A stretch of 61,869 nt of DNA, filler included, from Aduncisulcus paluster (taxonomy: Eukaryota): NCBI GenBank assembly GCA_024181965.1. It is 6 parts of 6 records of this genome, joined end to end, with 100 filler letters (N's around TTAATTAATTAA, not from the genome) between each part and the next. Parts side by side here need not be neighbours in the genome. Positions count along the whole stretch, not along the records: positions 23,145 to 40,493 come from BQXS01011180.1; 5 more parts are not named here. One strand, given 5' to 3'. A program made the position numbers and the translations under genes. The notes under the pieces were generated by a model. The model worked only from the letters and a program-made list of their open reading frames with translations, searched no databases and was not told the DNA's origin. This document shows, piece after piece, positions 24,064 through 35,400 of this stretch. Numbering within the stretch: position 1 is the stretch's first letter; every line of letters starts with the position of its first letter.

Positions 24064-27000
24064 ATGGTGAGTGACGCTATAAAAAAGCTCTTTGAGGAAG
24101 GAGCTGATGATGATTGGTACGAATCTCTTTCAAAAATCATGGAAGAATGTGTCACATCAGAACAAACTGCTAGTTCGCTTCCTCCACCCTTAAGAGAACT
24201 TTCCTACCATATTCCAGCCATGAAACAGAAATTTGATCAAATAGAAGACTCTCATAAATCAAAGGTATGTTGTTTATTCTACATTTTTGCCATTCATGTC
24301 ACTTCACTTGATCCCGATAATGATTCACAAGTTTTGTGTTTTTTTTTCTTTATTTTAGCCAATATTAGCCGATCTTCTTGCTATTTTACAGCTTACTTAT
24401 GAAGAAATGTTGCCCAAATCCATTCGTTATAAAAGAGGAGAAGATGAAGAGGAAGAACTTGATAGTTCGAAGCATAAAAAGGATGAAGAAGAAGAAAAAG
24501 CTGATAAGAACCATGGAAAAGATGAGGAAGAAGAAGCCGCTGAAGAGGAAGAGGAAGACAGCGAAGACAGTGAAGAAGAAGAAGTTCTTCCTGATATTAC
24601 TGTTGTAAAGTATCTTCTTCATGGATCTGAGAAAAAATTAACCATGTGGGGTAATGAATTCCTCAAACATGCCGGTCATAGAAGTGGAATTGCCTTCAAT
24701 TACCTTTCATCAAAGGATGTTCAAGAAGTCAACTCTACAATTAAATTTTTGACCGAATCTGGGGATATTTCTCCTTCTCCAGCTCTATTTGACTCCGAAA
24801 CTGTGGATCAACTCCGTCACAAAGTTAATTCTATTGTCCGCGAAGCCATTGAAGCTCATTTCAAGAATCAAGCTGAAGCTGATGCTCTGGACCTTATTAT
24901 TCTTACCAAAAATTACAGTTTAATCCAGAAATATGTTGATATTGATAAGGAAAATGGTAATATTGATCGTATCATGGCTTATCTTACCCAGTTTGGTCAT
25001 TATGGTACTTCCGCGGTCAGCCGCCGTATCATCTCCTCAATTCATGGCATTCTTCGGACTCCTATGCCTGTTGATACGATAGTACTCCTTATGTCTCACC
25101 TGTTCCGTCTTCCAACTCTCTACCTTCCTATTTTTAAGCATGCTGAGAAACTTGGTCAACCTGGAGTCTTGAAACAGATTGCTTGGACGCTTGCCCGTTA
25201 TTGTCGTTTCAACCGATCCCTCAATAATGTCATTCCCTCGACTTATATGAAGAAATACCCAGATCTCTTCCCAATCATGGAGAACCGAAGGAGGAGTGAA
25301 TTGTTCCACTATTGTTGCAAGGAACTTGATCTTCTTGCCCCCAAGAGTGTCAGTTCCGTGTATAGATACGATCTTGTTGAGTATGAGGATCCCAAACCAG
25401 ATGCTCTCCTTGATATAGCTGATGTCTATGTTAATGCCTTTGTTAATTGTGGTTATTGTACCGATTCTCTCATGTGTGCCTCAGAAAAACGCAAGGAGGG
25501 AGAGCATTTGAAGAAGATTGGAGCTTGGATGAAAGATGGGAAGAAGCTCAGACCTCTCGTAGCCACCACCGCATCCCTCGGTTTGATCTATTTATGGAAC
25601 CCTGATGTTGGTATGAATAAGTTAGCTCCTTATCTGCTCTATTCTGGCGATGACAGCCTTGATATTATCACTGGTGCTCTTCTGGCAGCTGGTGTGATGA
25701 ATGCCAATGTTGCAACCCCCAATAATCAGCAAAATATCACAGAACCCCTTCTCTCTCTGCTTATTCCTGAGTTTAGAGGCAACAAGAAGACCCACCGTGT
25801 TTATTGCGGTCTTTTGAGTGTTGGTATTGGATTCGTTGGTACTGAGAACTCTCGTGCTGTTCGTATTGCCATGAAACTTGTGCGCAAACGTATCGGAAAG
25901 CATATTGTTGCCGATGAAAGCCTTGACGATGATGGTCGTTTAATTGGAGCCGAGGAAGAGAAAGAGGAGAAGAAGGAGGAAGACAAGAAGGAGGAAGAAG
26001 GAAAGAAGGAAGAGGAAGACAAGAAAGAAGAGAAAGAAGAGAAAGAAGAGAAAGATGAAGAAGAAGATGTCTATCAAGATGATAAGTTCCATGCTGTTGA
26101 CTGGGATAAAGAGTTTGGCAACTCTCCGCTCCCTCCATCTCTTCTATCCCCTCCCATTGCTCCTCCTTCCTCACACCCAGGCCATCCAGGCCATCCTTTG
26201 AGTGTCGGACCTCCCATTAGTGTTGACGGAGAGAAGGAGCCCCCGACTCCACACATGCCCCAATCCGGAGCTTCTAGTTCCGCTACGAGTGAAGCTGGTG
26301 CCCCCATTGGTGGTATGTCNNNNNNNNNNNNNNNNNNNNCTTCTATCCCCTCCCATTGCTCCTCCTTCCTCACACCCAGGCCATCCAGGCCATCCTTTGA
26401 GTGTCGGACCTCCCATTAGTGTTGACGGAGAGAAGGAGCCCCCGACTCCACACATGCCCCAATCCGGAGCTTCTAGTTCCGCTACGAGTGAAGCTGGTGC
26501 CCCCATTGGTGGTATGTCTCCTGTATCAAGTCAGCACCTTAACAATTTAATATCTCCACAACAACAGCCTGCTCCAAGTGGTACTTCTTCTTCCGCACAA
26601 CCTTTACATCCTCAACTCAAACCTTTCTTCCCCCCACAGATGGTTCACCAAGTGTCCCGTGGACATGGACCCTTTGGAAGGCAGAAAGGAAGAGATGGGC
26701 GGAAAGAGACGAGTGTTCTGAGTACATTCTCTTATGCTGCCCTCAGTACTGGTTTGATTGCCTGTGGATGTGGGGACATTAACATTGCCAGAGAAATAAT
26801 TGGCACTGTTCGAACCTTTACCGCCAATGAGTTTGTAGCCAGTAGCACCTCTATCCTTGCAGCTATTGGTTGTGGTATCATCTTTTGTGGCTATTACAAG
26901 AAGATATGTGCCAGGGATAAGTATGATGTCCAACACACCAACATGATGAACTTCTTCAACAGTATGCCACGTGCACTCGGTAAAAAGATGGGTAATGTCT

Positions 27001-28235
27001 TTATGAACATGTGTCTTATGTTCTATTACGCTGGTTCTTCTGATATCCTCGCTGCCAAGTCTTTCCTCACAACTCTTATCGATGTTCAGGAAGAAGGTGC
27101 TGAAGAGGAGAGGAAATTCAACGAGGAGAAAGAGGAAGAGGAAGAGGAAGAGGAAGAACGGAAGAGGAAGAAGGCTTTGGATGACGATGACGACCAAGAT
27201 GATGGCAAAGATAAGGGCGAAAAGAATTTGGCTGATATTCAGAAAATGCTTGGAGGTCAGATCGACTTGAGTCAGCTTGGAATCCCCGGTCTTGGTGCCG
27301 TTGCCCCTGGTGGTCGTCCTAAAAAGGACTCTCGTAAAACCAAGAGCGAAGGAGATAAGAAGGGAAGTGCTGGAGGAAGTGGCGGTGACGGTGAGGGGAA
27401 GAAATCAAAGGATCCTTTCCCCATTGGAGCTGACTATTCTCCAGAGTGTGTCCTTGGACTTGCCCTTGCCATGTGTGGTGATCCTCTATCTGCGACAATG
27501 GTCAGAAGGTTGCTTGAACGCATTGCTCAGTACTGTAGTATCTCTGCTAAGCGTACAGTTCCATTTGCTATCGCCATGACCTCTCTGAGTAACCCTGACC
27601 CCATGGTTGTCGATCAATTAGCCAGATATGCTCGTGACAGCGATGATAAGGTGTGTCTTAACGCTATTGTGTCTTTAGGTTTCGTCGGGTGTGGAAGCAA
27701 CAACTCTAGGATTGCTGGTATTTTCAGGAGTTTGACAGAATACGTGAAGAATACGAGTGTTGAGATGTTATTTGCTCTCAGAATCGCCCATGGTCTCTTG
27801 TATGCTGGAAAAGGAACTGTATCTATCAATCCATTCATGTATAACGGAAAGGTCATGAATGTCAATGCCATTGCTGCTGTTAGTGTTGTTGCTATCTCCC
27901 TTTCAACTCATTGGGGACCATTCGTGTATGCCATTCACCATGTTCTGTTTAACCTTCTCGCCATTGCTATTCAACCCAAATTCTGTGTGACTGTTGATGC
28001 AAAGGGAAAGCCTATCAAAGTTCAGGTACGAGTTGGGAAACCCATCGATACTGTTGGTCAAAGCACAAGCAGTTATCGATTGACTGGATTCCAGACATTC
28101 GATACCCCCGTATTGGTCAATCCTGGCGAACGTGTAGAATTATCAACAGATGAGTTCTGTTGTGCTTCCTCAGAAATTGAAGATGTATGTGTTGTTTGGC
28201 CCAATACAGAAGAGAGAGATGATGATTTGGATTAG
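24064..28235 (+). CDS. RPN1: 26S proteasome regulatory subunit Rpn1 (PSMD2); intron 24265-24358; overlap gap at 26320-26339
   Basis: SSLPPPLREL, spliced ILADLLAILQLTY, NAFVNCGYCTDSL, PC repeats, GSNNSRIA and VRVGKPIDTVGQ...GFQTFDTPVL; GTATGT..TTTTAG intron keeps frame. Confidence 0.93.
26141..26518. repeat. Unmerged assembly overlap: 26141-26319 duplicated at 26340-26518
   Basis: Identical copies flank a 20-N gap. Confidence 0.9.
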
Positions 28236-28395
28236 ATTTAGTTGTCATTTTCACTCTCGTTACTTTTTTGAAACAACAAATAAAGATAGTGTTTTTACAA
28301 GTTTGTACTATCCGCTTGAAAATAGATAGATTCTTGTAAAAAATCATTATTTCACATCTAATTTAATAATGGACTTAATATGACCGATTTCAATC

Positions 28396-28468
28396 GGGAG
28401 TGTGGTCTAGTTGGTATGACGTCTCCTTCGCATGGAGAAGGCCTCGGGTTCAAATCCCGACATTTCCA
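28396..28468 (+). tRNA. tRNA-Ala(CGC)
   Basis: Acceptor GGGAGTG/CATTTCC with G3:U70; anticodon arm TCTCC-TTCGCAT-GGAGA; T arm GGTTCAAATCC; downstream T runs. Confidence 0.95.
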
Positions 28469-28573
28469 ATTTTAAATTTTTTCGTTTCTGGCTAAAATTA
28501 GAGCCAACTTGTGATTTTATTACTGAAAATCAATTTCATTCCGAATTGAAAACCCAATATTAAAATGAAATGA

Positions 28574-28765
28574 GTGTTATTGCAAGCTTGTAGAGTTGCG
28601 CAATACTATTGCGGCAATAGCTCCAGTAATTTGTCGGTAATTCCTGATTTATCCAACAATGCTAGTTCGCTTGTAAAGTTGTATATTGATGGAAACCCAG
28701 CCATACGGTCATTGTATCCCATTACAAACGCCAGTCTGCTTCAGAGAAATTTTCAGCAAAAATAA
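28574..28765 (+). pseudogene. Degenerate LRR gene fragment between the two tRNAs
   Basis: NLSVIPDLSNNASSLVKLYIDGNPAIRSLYPI resembles repeats of the LRR protein at 32417-40493; no proper start or continuation. Confidence 0.5.
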
Positions 28766-28879
28766 ATAATACATCAAATTCATAAATATATTTCCATTAA
28801 TAACAGATGTTAGAGTTAATAATTGTAAGGAAATAGGAAGAATACGTAAAGCTTCATCTGATATCGAAATCAAAAAATT

Positions 28880-28951
28880 GGGGCGAACCGGGATTTGAAC
28901 CCGGGACCTCATGTATCCGAAACATGAATCATACCCCTAGACCACTCGCCC
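28880..28951 (-). tRNA. tRNA-Pro(CGG)
   Basis: Minus strand reads GGGCGAGTGGTCTAGGGGTATGATT-CATGT-TTCGGAT-ACATG-AGGTCCCGGGTTCAAATCCCGGTTCGCCC, followed by a T6 Pol III terminator. Confidence 0.95.
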
Positions 28952-29165
28952 AGTTAATTTTTTTTGCTGTTAATATACTTATCACGGAAAAATTATTTTC
29001 CTGCGAATTTGGACATGTGAATAGCAAATTCACATTCACAACCACTATAACATAAATATTTTTGCCATTATTTTTTCCATCAAAATGGATATTCTGTAGA
29101 TTTTTACTAATGTATTTGACTGCTATTATTTCCTTCATATTATACCAATAATGGCTAAAATAAAA

Positions 29166-29395
29166 AGTTGATTGGGACTTTATCAACTCAAACATATCGG
29201 TTATGCCGCATAACCTGACTGCGGCAGTCAAAAAGAAGAAAAATGACAAAAAAGACTTTCATAAATAGAATTATGTAATTTCAGAATCATAATATTATAA
29301 ATTACATTCCGGGTTAGAACAGGTTCTGTTCAAATTGCTGTTTACGAGGCCAAGTTATGCCATAACTATAGCAGGTGCTATCTATGGAATTCCAT
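29166..29395. repeat. Cluster of short hairpins/palindromes including two back-to-back double hairpins
   Basis: GGTTATG-CCG-CATAACC adjacent to TGACTG-CGG-CAGTCA (29199-29230); AGTTATG-C-CATAACT adjacent to ATAGCA-GG-TGCTAT (29353-29381). Confidence 0.8.
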
Positions 29396-29878
29396 CAATT
29401 TACACGGATATTATTCTCAAATTTTGTATCTTAATGTCATAGAATTCGATGAAATCGTCAATCTATTTTTCAATATCCTGCCAAAATAGGGTTAAAATGA
29501 TTAGGTTTGGGAATTTCCATAATTTAGTGGTATAATCCAACTTTTGCCAACATGATATTACATTCTGTTTTATAATAATATTTTTTTCAACTCTTTCAGG
29601 AGAAAATCTGAAATCGTGAGGAGTAACCAAGCCATCTTCAGAAAGAGTCATAATATTTTTCAGTTTGCTCTGCAATAAGAAAATATCGTATGCTAATATT
29701 TTGATAAATATTATTTTAATCTTCCAATAGAGAAGGAATGACATATGAATCATCATTTATTATTTGTATTGCTTGACTAATTATTTCTATCATTTTTCTC
29801 CGTTGTCTTACTCCATTCTTTTGGTTATTACTTTGGAATATTATAGACTCACGCTTTTTAGTTTAGTTAATATTTATA

Positions 29879-31372
29879 ATGGACTTTTCTCAGCTTGCTA
29901 AAGAAGAAGAAAATTCCTCAACTGAATCCTCAGGATCCATTCCTGAAAAAGATTTGGTAGATCCTGATTTGGATGAGATATTTGATAATGATACCTTTAA
30001 ACCTGAAAAGATTGGAATTAAAGCAGAATTTGTAAAAATAGGCTGCTGTCCCTCAAAATTTCCTCCTGGTCGAGAACCAACTGAGCAAAAACCTCCTATT
30101 TCATTGGACAACCCGAGCATAATCAAAGTTAATGAGAATCATTTCCCTGGCTTTGCCCTAAATATGGTGAAAGGATTGGGATCAGTTGTTTTTACGTCAT
30201 TATTGTTTCCATTCATCTCTTCAACCTCCGTTAAAGGAATTTATTTGAACGTTGGAAAAGAATCGGGGCCTCAACAGTTATCAATTACTTTTGCCCATTC
30301 TGGAGATAAAACTACCCTCAAAGATTATGATTTTGACCAGCCATCCGGTGAATCAAACGAATGGTATTATCTCCCTGTCAATTTGGAGGATGTGACGGCA
30401 TGTACAATTGAAGGCGGTGTGAGATGGGTTGACAAGATCACTGAAGATGGGGAAATTGATAGGAGAAGTTGTCTATCGGGGATAAGAATTGTTCGATCTG
30501 AGGCAGAAGTCAAGAGAATGCAAGACGAAGAAGAAAGAAAAAGGATTCTACAACTTTTGGCACCTCATTTTGAGAAAGAAAAGCAAGAAATGAAGAAACA
30601 AAACGAGATATTAATGGCACAACTCCGGCGACAGAAAATGGAATATCAAGAGAATATGAAGAGACAAGTTGACTTATTGAAGCAACAAATTCAGCAACAA
30701 AAGAAAGAGTTTGAACAAAAATTAAATGAAAAAGAGAGAGAAACTGCTCTTCAAAAGCTGGAACATCAGAAAGAGAAAGAGGAAATACTTCAAGCAATCG
30801 AAACAGAGAGAAAACAACGTAATGCACATATCAAAGAAATTGTCGAATGGTGTGTTAAAATTCTGAAAGAGCACAGCACATTTGGAACTTTAATTCATTT
30901 TCAGAAAACGGAACATTCTCAGAACATTGTCCAAATCTTTCAGAGACTGGCTCAAAAAGATACGTTTTCATTTCATCTTTCTTCAAAGATCTCTGATCTT
31001 GAATCCAAAGTGTCTTCTTCAGAAGGACAACTATCTGAGTATGAAAGAAAGAAAGATGAAATGGAAACATCTATGCTGGAGATTCAGTCTAAAATTAGAG
31101 AGCTTGAGTCAAAAGTATCTTCTCTTCATCAGCCAGATAAAAGTTCTCCATCCACTCCACGTAAAGGCAACCAACAACTCAAACGGGTTAAATCTCTTGC
31201 TTCATTAAGTCATTCTGATAAAAAATCTCCTTCTTCTTCCACTTCTCGTTTGTTACGTAGTAGATCCTCACGCTCGACAGTTTCATCTCCTACCCTTCAT
31301 TCCCAAGAGGGATCTCCTATCCGATTCCGTGATCATTTTGCCTTTTGCTATTCTGAAGACATTTCGGATTAA
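29879..31372 (+). CDS. Uncharacterised beta-rich domain plus long coiled-coil protein (497 aa)
   Basis: ATG-initiated ORF; N-terminal domain is homologous to the 9103 ORF; E/K/Q-rich heptads. Confidence 0.85.
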   Translation: MDFSQLAKEEENSSTESSGSIPEKDLVDPDLDEIFDNDTFKPEKIGIKAEFVKIGCCPSKFPPGREPTEQKPPISLDNPSIIKVNENHFPGFALNMVKGLGSVVFTSLLFPFISSTSVKGIYLNVGKESGPQQLSITFAHSGDKTTLKDYDFDQPSGESNEWYYLPVNLEDVTACTIEGGVRWVDKITEDGEIDRRSCLSGIRIVRSEAEVKRMQDEEERKRILQLLAPHFEKEKQEMKKQNEILMAQLRRQKMEYQENMKRQVDLLKQQIQQQKKEFEQKLNEKERETALQKLEHQKEKEEILQAIETERKQRNAHIKEIVEWCVKILKEHSTFGTLIHFQKTEHSQNIVQIFQRLAQKDTFSFHLSSKISDLESKVSSSEGQLSEYERKKDEMETSMLEIQSKIRELESKVSSLHQPDKSSPSTPRKGNQQLKRVKSLASLSHSDKKSPSSSTSRLLRSRSSRSTVSSPTLHSQEGSPIRFRDHFAFCYSEDISD

Positions 31373-31634
31373 TTTAAAGGTGAGGATTTGTAATGAAAGT
31401 TCATGAGTGTTGGGTTGGTTTGATCTAATTTGTTGGGAAACTTTAGGTTGATCTTCTGAACAATATTCTATATTTATCTCTTCTTCCATTTTCCTTTATT
31501 TCTTCCACATTCTTTCAAATATTTTAAAATAGTATCACACAAAATCTTCTCCAATATTCAAGTCCTGTTTGATAATATTGAGCATTGAAAATGGTGTTCT
31601 CTCTTGATGCCACATATAATTCAGATTTTCTTTT

Positions 31635-32003
31635 GAGAATTCTCATTCACCTATTCAATAGGTCCTATTGGATCATATTAGTCATCGTATTTCCGAAATA
31701 CTATTTCGATGTTCATGATTTGTAATCATTGATTACATTACCAAGTCCAGTGGAATTAACCACTGACTGACAACAGAGAATTTACTTTAATAAAGATTTA
31801 AAATCTTAGATTTTGATTTCATGGAGGTATTGTATGGCTGCCTGATGGCAGATTCCAAATGATATGATATCATTGAATCAATGCCATTGATAATCAAAGA
31901 TCTTTGATTCAAAGATATTCAAAGGTAGAATTTTTTCAGATTCTGAATGAGAAACAAGCATAATATTCTGATTCAATAGGGCCCTATTGAATAGGGAATT
32001 CTC
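31635..32003. repeat. Imperfect ~45-bp inverted repeat pair enclosing a palindrome-rich core (MITE-like candidate)
   Basis: gagaattc..cctattcaatagg.cctattggatca..tatta (31635-31680) matches the reverse complement of 31961-32003. Confidence 0.6.
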
Positions 32004-32416
32004 TACAATTTGGAAATGTAAAGAAAATTGAAAAGCATCATTATTTATAATTAATTTAACATTATAATTATAATTAAATGATACAAAGCGACAATTTTGA
32101 ACAAAAGAAAAGAGGAGGGAGAACCCCGATAAAAACAATAATATATAAAGATAAAAACAGCAATAAAATGGTCAAATTTTGAAATAAAACCATTGAAAAT
32201 CATTTTTCATGAAAGTCATGTTCAAGGAGATCTTATGAGATCCATTTATCAGGTGAGAAAAAATAAATAAAATAAATAAATGACATTGAACATGCGAAAA
32301 CAAATAAGACGAATTCGTATTCTGAGTTTCATAGAGTAGATAGCGAGATATAGATATATAGATAATGGAATAAGGATAAAATATTGAAAAAAAAAAAAAA
32401 AAAAAAAACAAGGTGC

Positions 32417-35400
32417 CTATTCTGACACTATTACCTTCTTCTCCTTCTCCTTCTCCTTCTTCCTCTTCCTCTTCTTCGTTCCACTTGGTTTCAGAGGATT
32501 TAGAGAAATATCGGGAGACATTGGAGATTCTTCAGATACACACCCATCAAGAGTGGAGCGATCGGACGAGTGATAGGTAGAAACAACATTGTTGGATTCC
32601 TCCTCATCCAACATTCTGTGTCTTGTTGATTTCTTCCTAACCACAATAGTTTTGCCATGTCTTTTCCGAGACTTCTTCCTGCTCTTAGCTCTTCGATGCA
32701 CATGATCTTCTTCGATGGTCTCAGCCATACCAAGAGATGCATCAGACACAATGACAACAGAATCGTCATGGGAAGGATCTTGTGGAGAAGATGGAGGATT
32801 TGAGAAATGTTGGAGTTGAGATATACCTTCCATTGGAACACTGGGGAAGGAAATGATATGCGATGAAGGGAGAGTTGTGTCTTCTGCTCCATGAACACTT
32901 TCACTCCTGCTTTTCTCAAGGTTCTGCTTCCTTCTTCTGGATCGGACCAGTATGAAACCCACAAAGACAATGGATCCAATGAAGAGGATAGAGGAGGCAG
33001 ATACAAAAATATATATAACGACAGGAGTTTTATCCTCAAGACTGCATATGTCTCCATGCCATCCATCATCACAGACACATCCATACTCTGACGACTGAGC
33101 AAAGAGAGCACACACTCCATGGGAGTTGCATGCAATCGTGGCAGAGGTCGATTCTGGATCATCTTCCTCCTGTGAGCTCGAATAGTAACAAACATTGAGC
33201 GAACATGGAGTGCCACTGAGCTCTGTCGAAGAATCATCTATCGCATCATTCCATCCAAAGTCACAAGTACATGTGGCTTTCAACGTCTCAGAATCAATCT
33301 CACAACTCCCATGACTGTCTGTTCCAATTCCACATCCAACACAGGCAGTGTCATTGCCTTCGATCACACTGTATGTTGGATGGGAAGCAGGATCTATACA
33401 AGTCTCAGATGATGAATCCAACACAAGACCATCCAGAGAGCACGTGCATGTATTTGTCCCAGAGTCAGAGAGATAGGAATAGCTGGCAGATGTCTCATTG
33501 GAGCTTGAGCTTGAGGATGATGCTGATACTGATGCTGAGGAATAGTCCCTTCCACAGATGAAGTCAACAAATTCACCATCAATGACAAAAGTATCGGTGG
33601 GGAGCTGTGTTTGACAAGAACTCCCATACCATCCATCTTCACAAGAACACTGGAACTCATCATTACTCTCGCATGACTCACTTGGAATGCATTGGCCATG
33701 GGAACCACAGAGAGCGATAGAGTCACAATACAACTCACACGCATCTCCAAGGAAGTTGGTAGCACATTGACATGTGTGGGTGTCCACATCACATGTGCCT
33801 CGTGGACTCCCACTGCACTCCTGGGAAGTGAGCTCGTTCACGGGACAATATGAGGAACACGTGTCTCCATACCATCCATCAGAACACACACAGGAGGAGG
33901 ATGTTTCCCCTGAGCTATCATCCGATGAAGACATACATGAGCCTCGAGATCCTCCACATCCAACACACCGCTCGCTAGAAACACACGCTCCAAAATCCTC
34001 GTCCAGATACGAGTTCCCTGGACACACACATGCTTGTTCGTCAAGGGGTAGCCAAGCAGAGCATACCATTCCAGATGTTTCAAAATCACACTCACTATTG
34101 GAACTGCCACACGACAGATTGACGGATGAGTCATTCCCGTTCGATAATACGATATAAATAGAATCAATGTCTGAGGAAGAATTTGATTGTAGATACTCAA
34201 GACAGACAGTCGTGTCAGATGCTGGACATGGCAAGTCGATGTTATCCTGAATGCTGAGCGATTCCAGATTCTCCATAGAATCCAAGAGATATGCGATGGA
34301 TGAGAGATCAGAGATGTTGTTCCCATCCAGACATAGCTCGATTATACCCATCAATGAGGACTGAATATACACTATCCCAAGGTCAGAGACATCACAGTTG
34401 ACCATGGAGAAGGATGTCAGGGTGCATGACAAGGGAGATTCGTAAGATGATGAGTCCTCGCTGCCATCCACATACGTGTACTGGGCCAAGAAGTCAATGA
34501 GATACATGACATCATAGCCATCGAGAGTGTCATCGGTGGGATTTCCAAGTTCAGGACTATCATGGAACGTTAACGATCGAAGGGAACACAGCCCAACACA
34601 TGAACTCACACACACATCTTGCTGGTTTTCTTCTTCGTTCGAGGACATTGAATCGCCAGAGTCAGACTCGGATAGACATGATTCTTTCAGAGCAGTCACG
34701 GTGGAAGCGATGGATTGGATGTCTGAATATGTCGTATTCGAAGGCAAGGTGAGGGATAAAAGGTCGTCTAGACTTGCAATCGGGGAATAATCATCAATGT
34801 CAGATCCATCTTGGATAACTAATGCCTCCAAATTCTCACATAGATCTATTCCTTGAATGCTACTCACAGCAGAAGGGATCTCGAGATATTTGATGGAGGA
34901 AAGGTCAGAGATGAGGAGCGAATCAAGAAGGTAACTGTTATCACCAGAACATTCGACACCATTCACAGTTTCACAGAGAATAGCAGCTAATTCCTCATCA
35001 ATTCCATCAATGTCACTCACATACCCTTCCTGGAGAGTGCACAGAGCACCAGTCATACCAGAGGGACACTGACATTCGTGAAGCTGTGTGTCACAGGTAT
35101 ATTCTCCACAAACATCTCCAGAGGACTCATCAATGGGACACTCGACAGAACAATCATCGCCATACCATCCAGTTGAACATGCAATCGACACTGTATTACT
35201 CTCTTCTGAGAGTATTGTGCACTCATAATGAGTATCCTGACATTGGTCAAGGATAGAATCATCAGTGTCATCGGGGAAAGCGGTACAATCAAGGTCGGAT
35301 AGACCAATTATCCTGAGATATCCAGGTGAACACTTGATCTCAATGATAGGGTTCATTTCAGCATCGAGGGAGAGGACATAGCACATATAACTGGATGTGA

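Noticed and set aside
24265-24391. Longer RPN1 intron ending at ttttacag 24391
   Set aside because: In frame, but it would delete the conserved ILADLLAIL helix; the acceptor at 24358 is preferred
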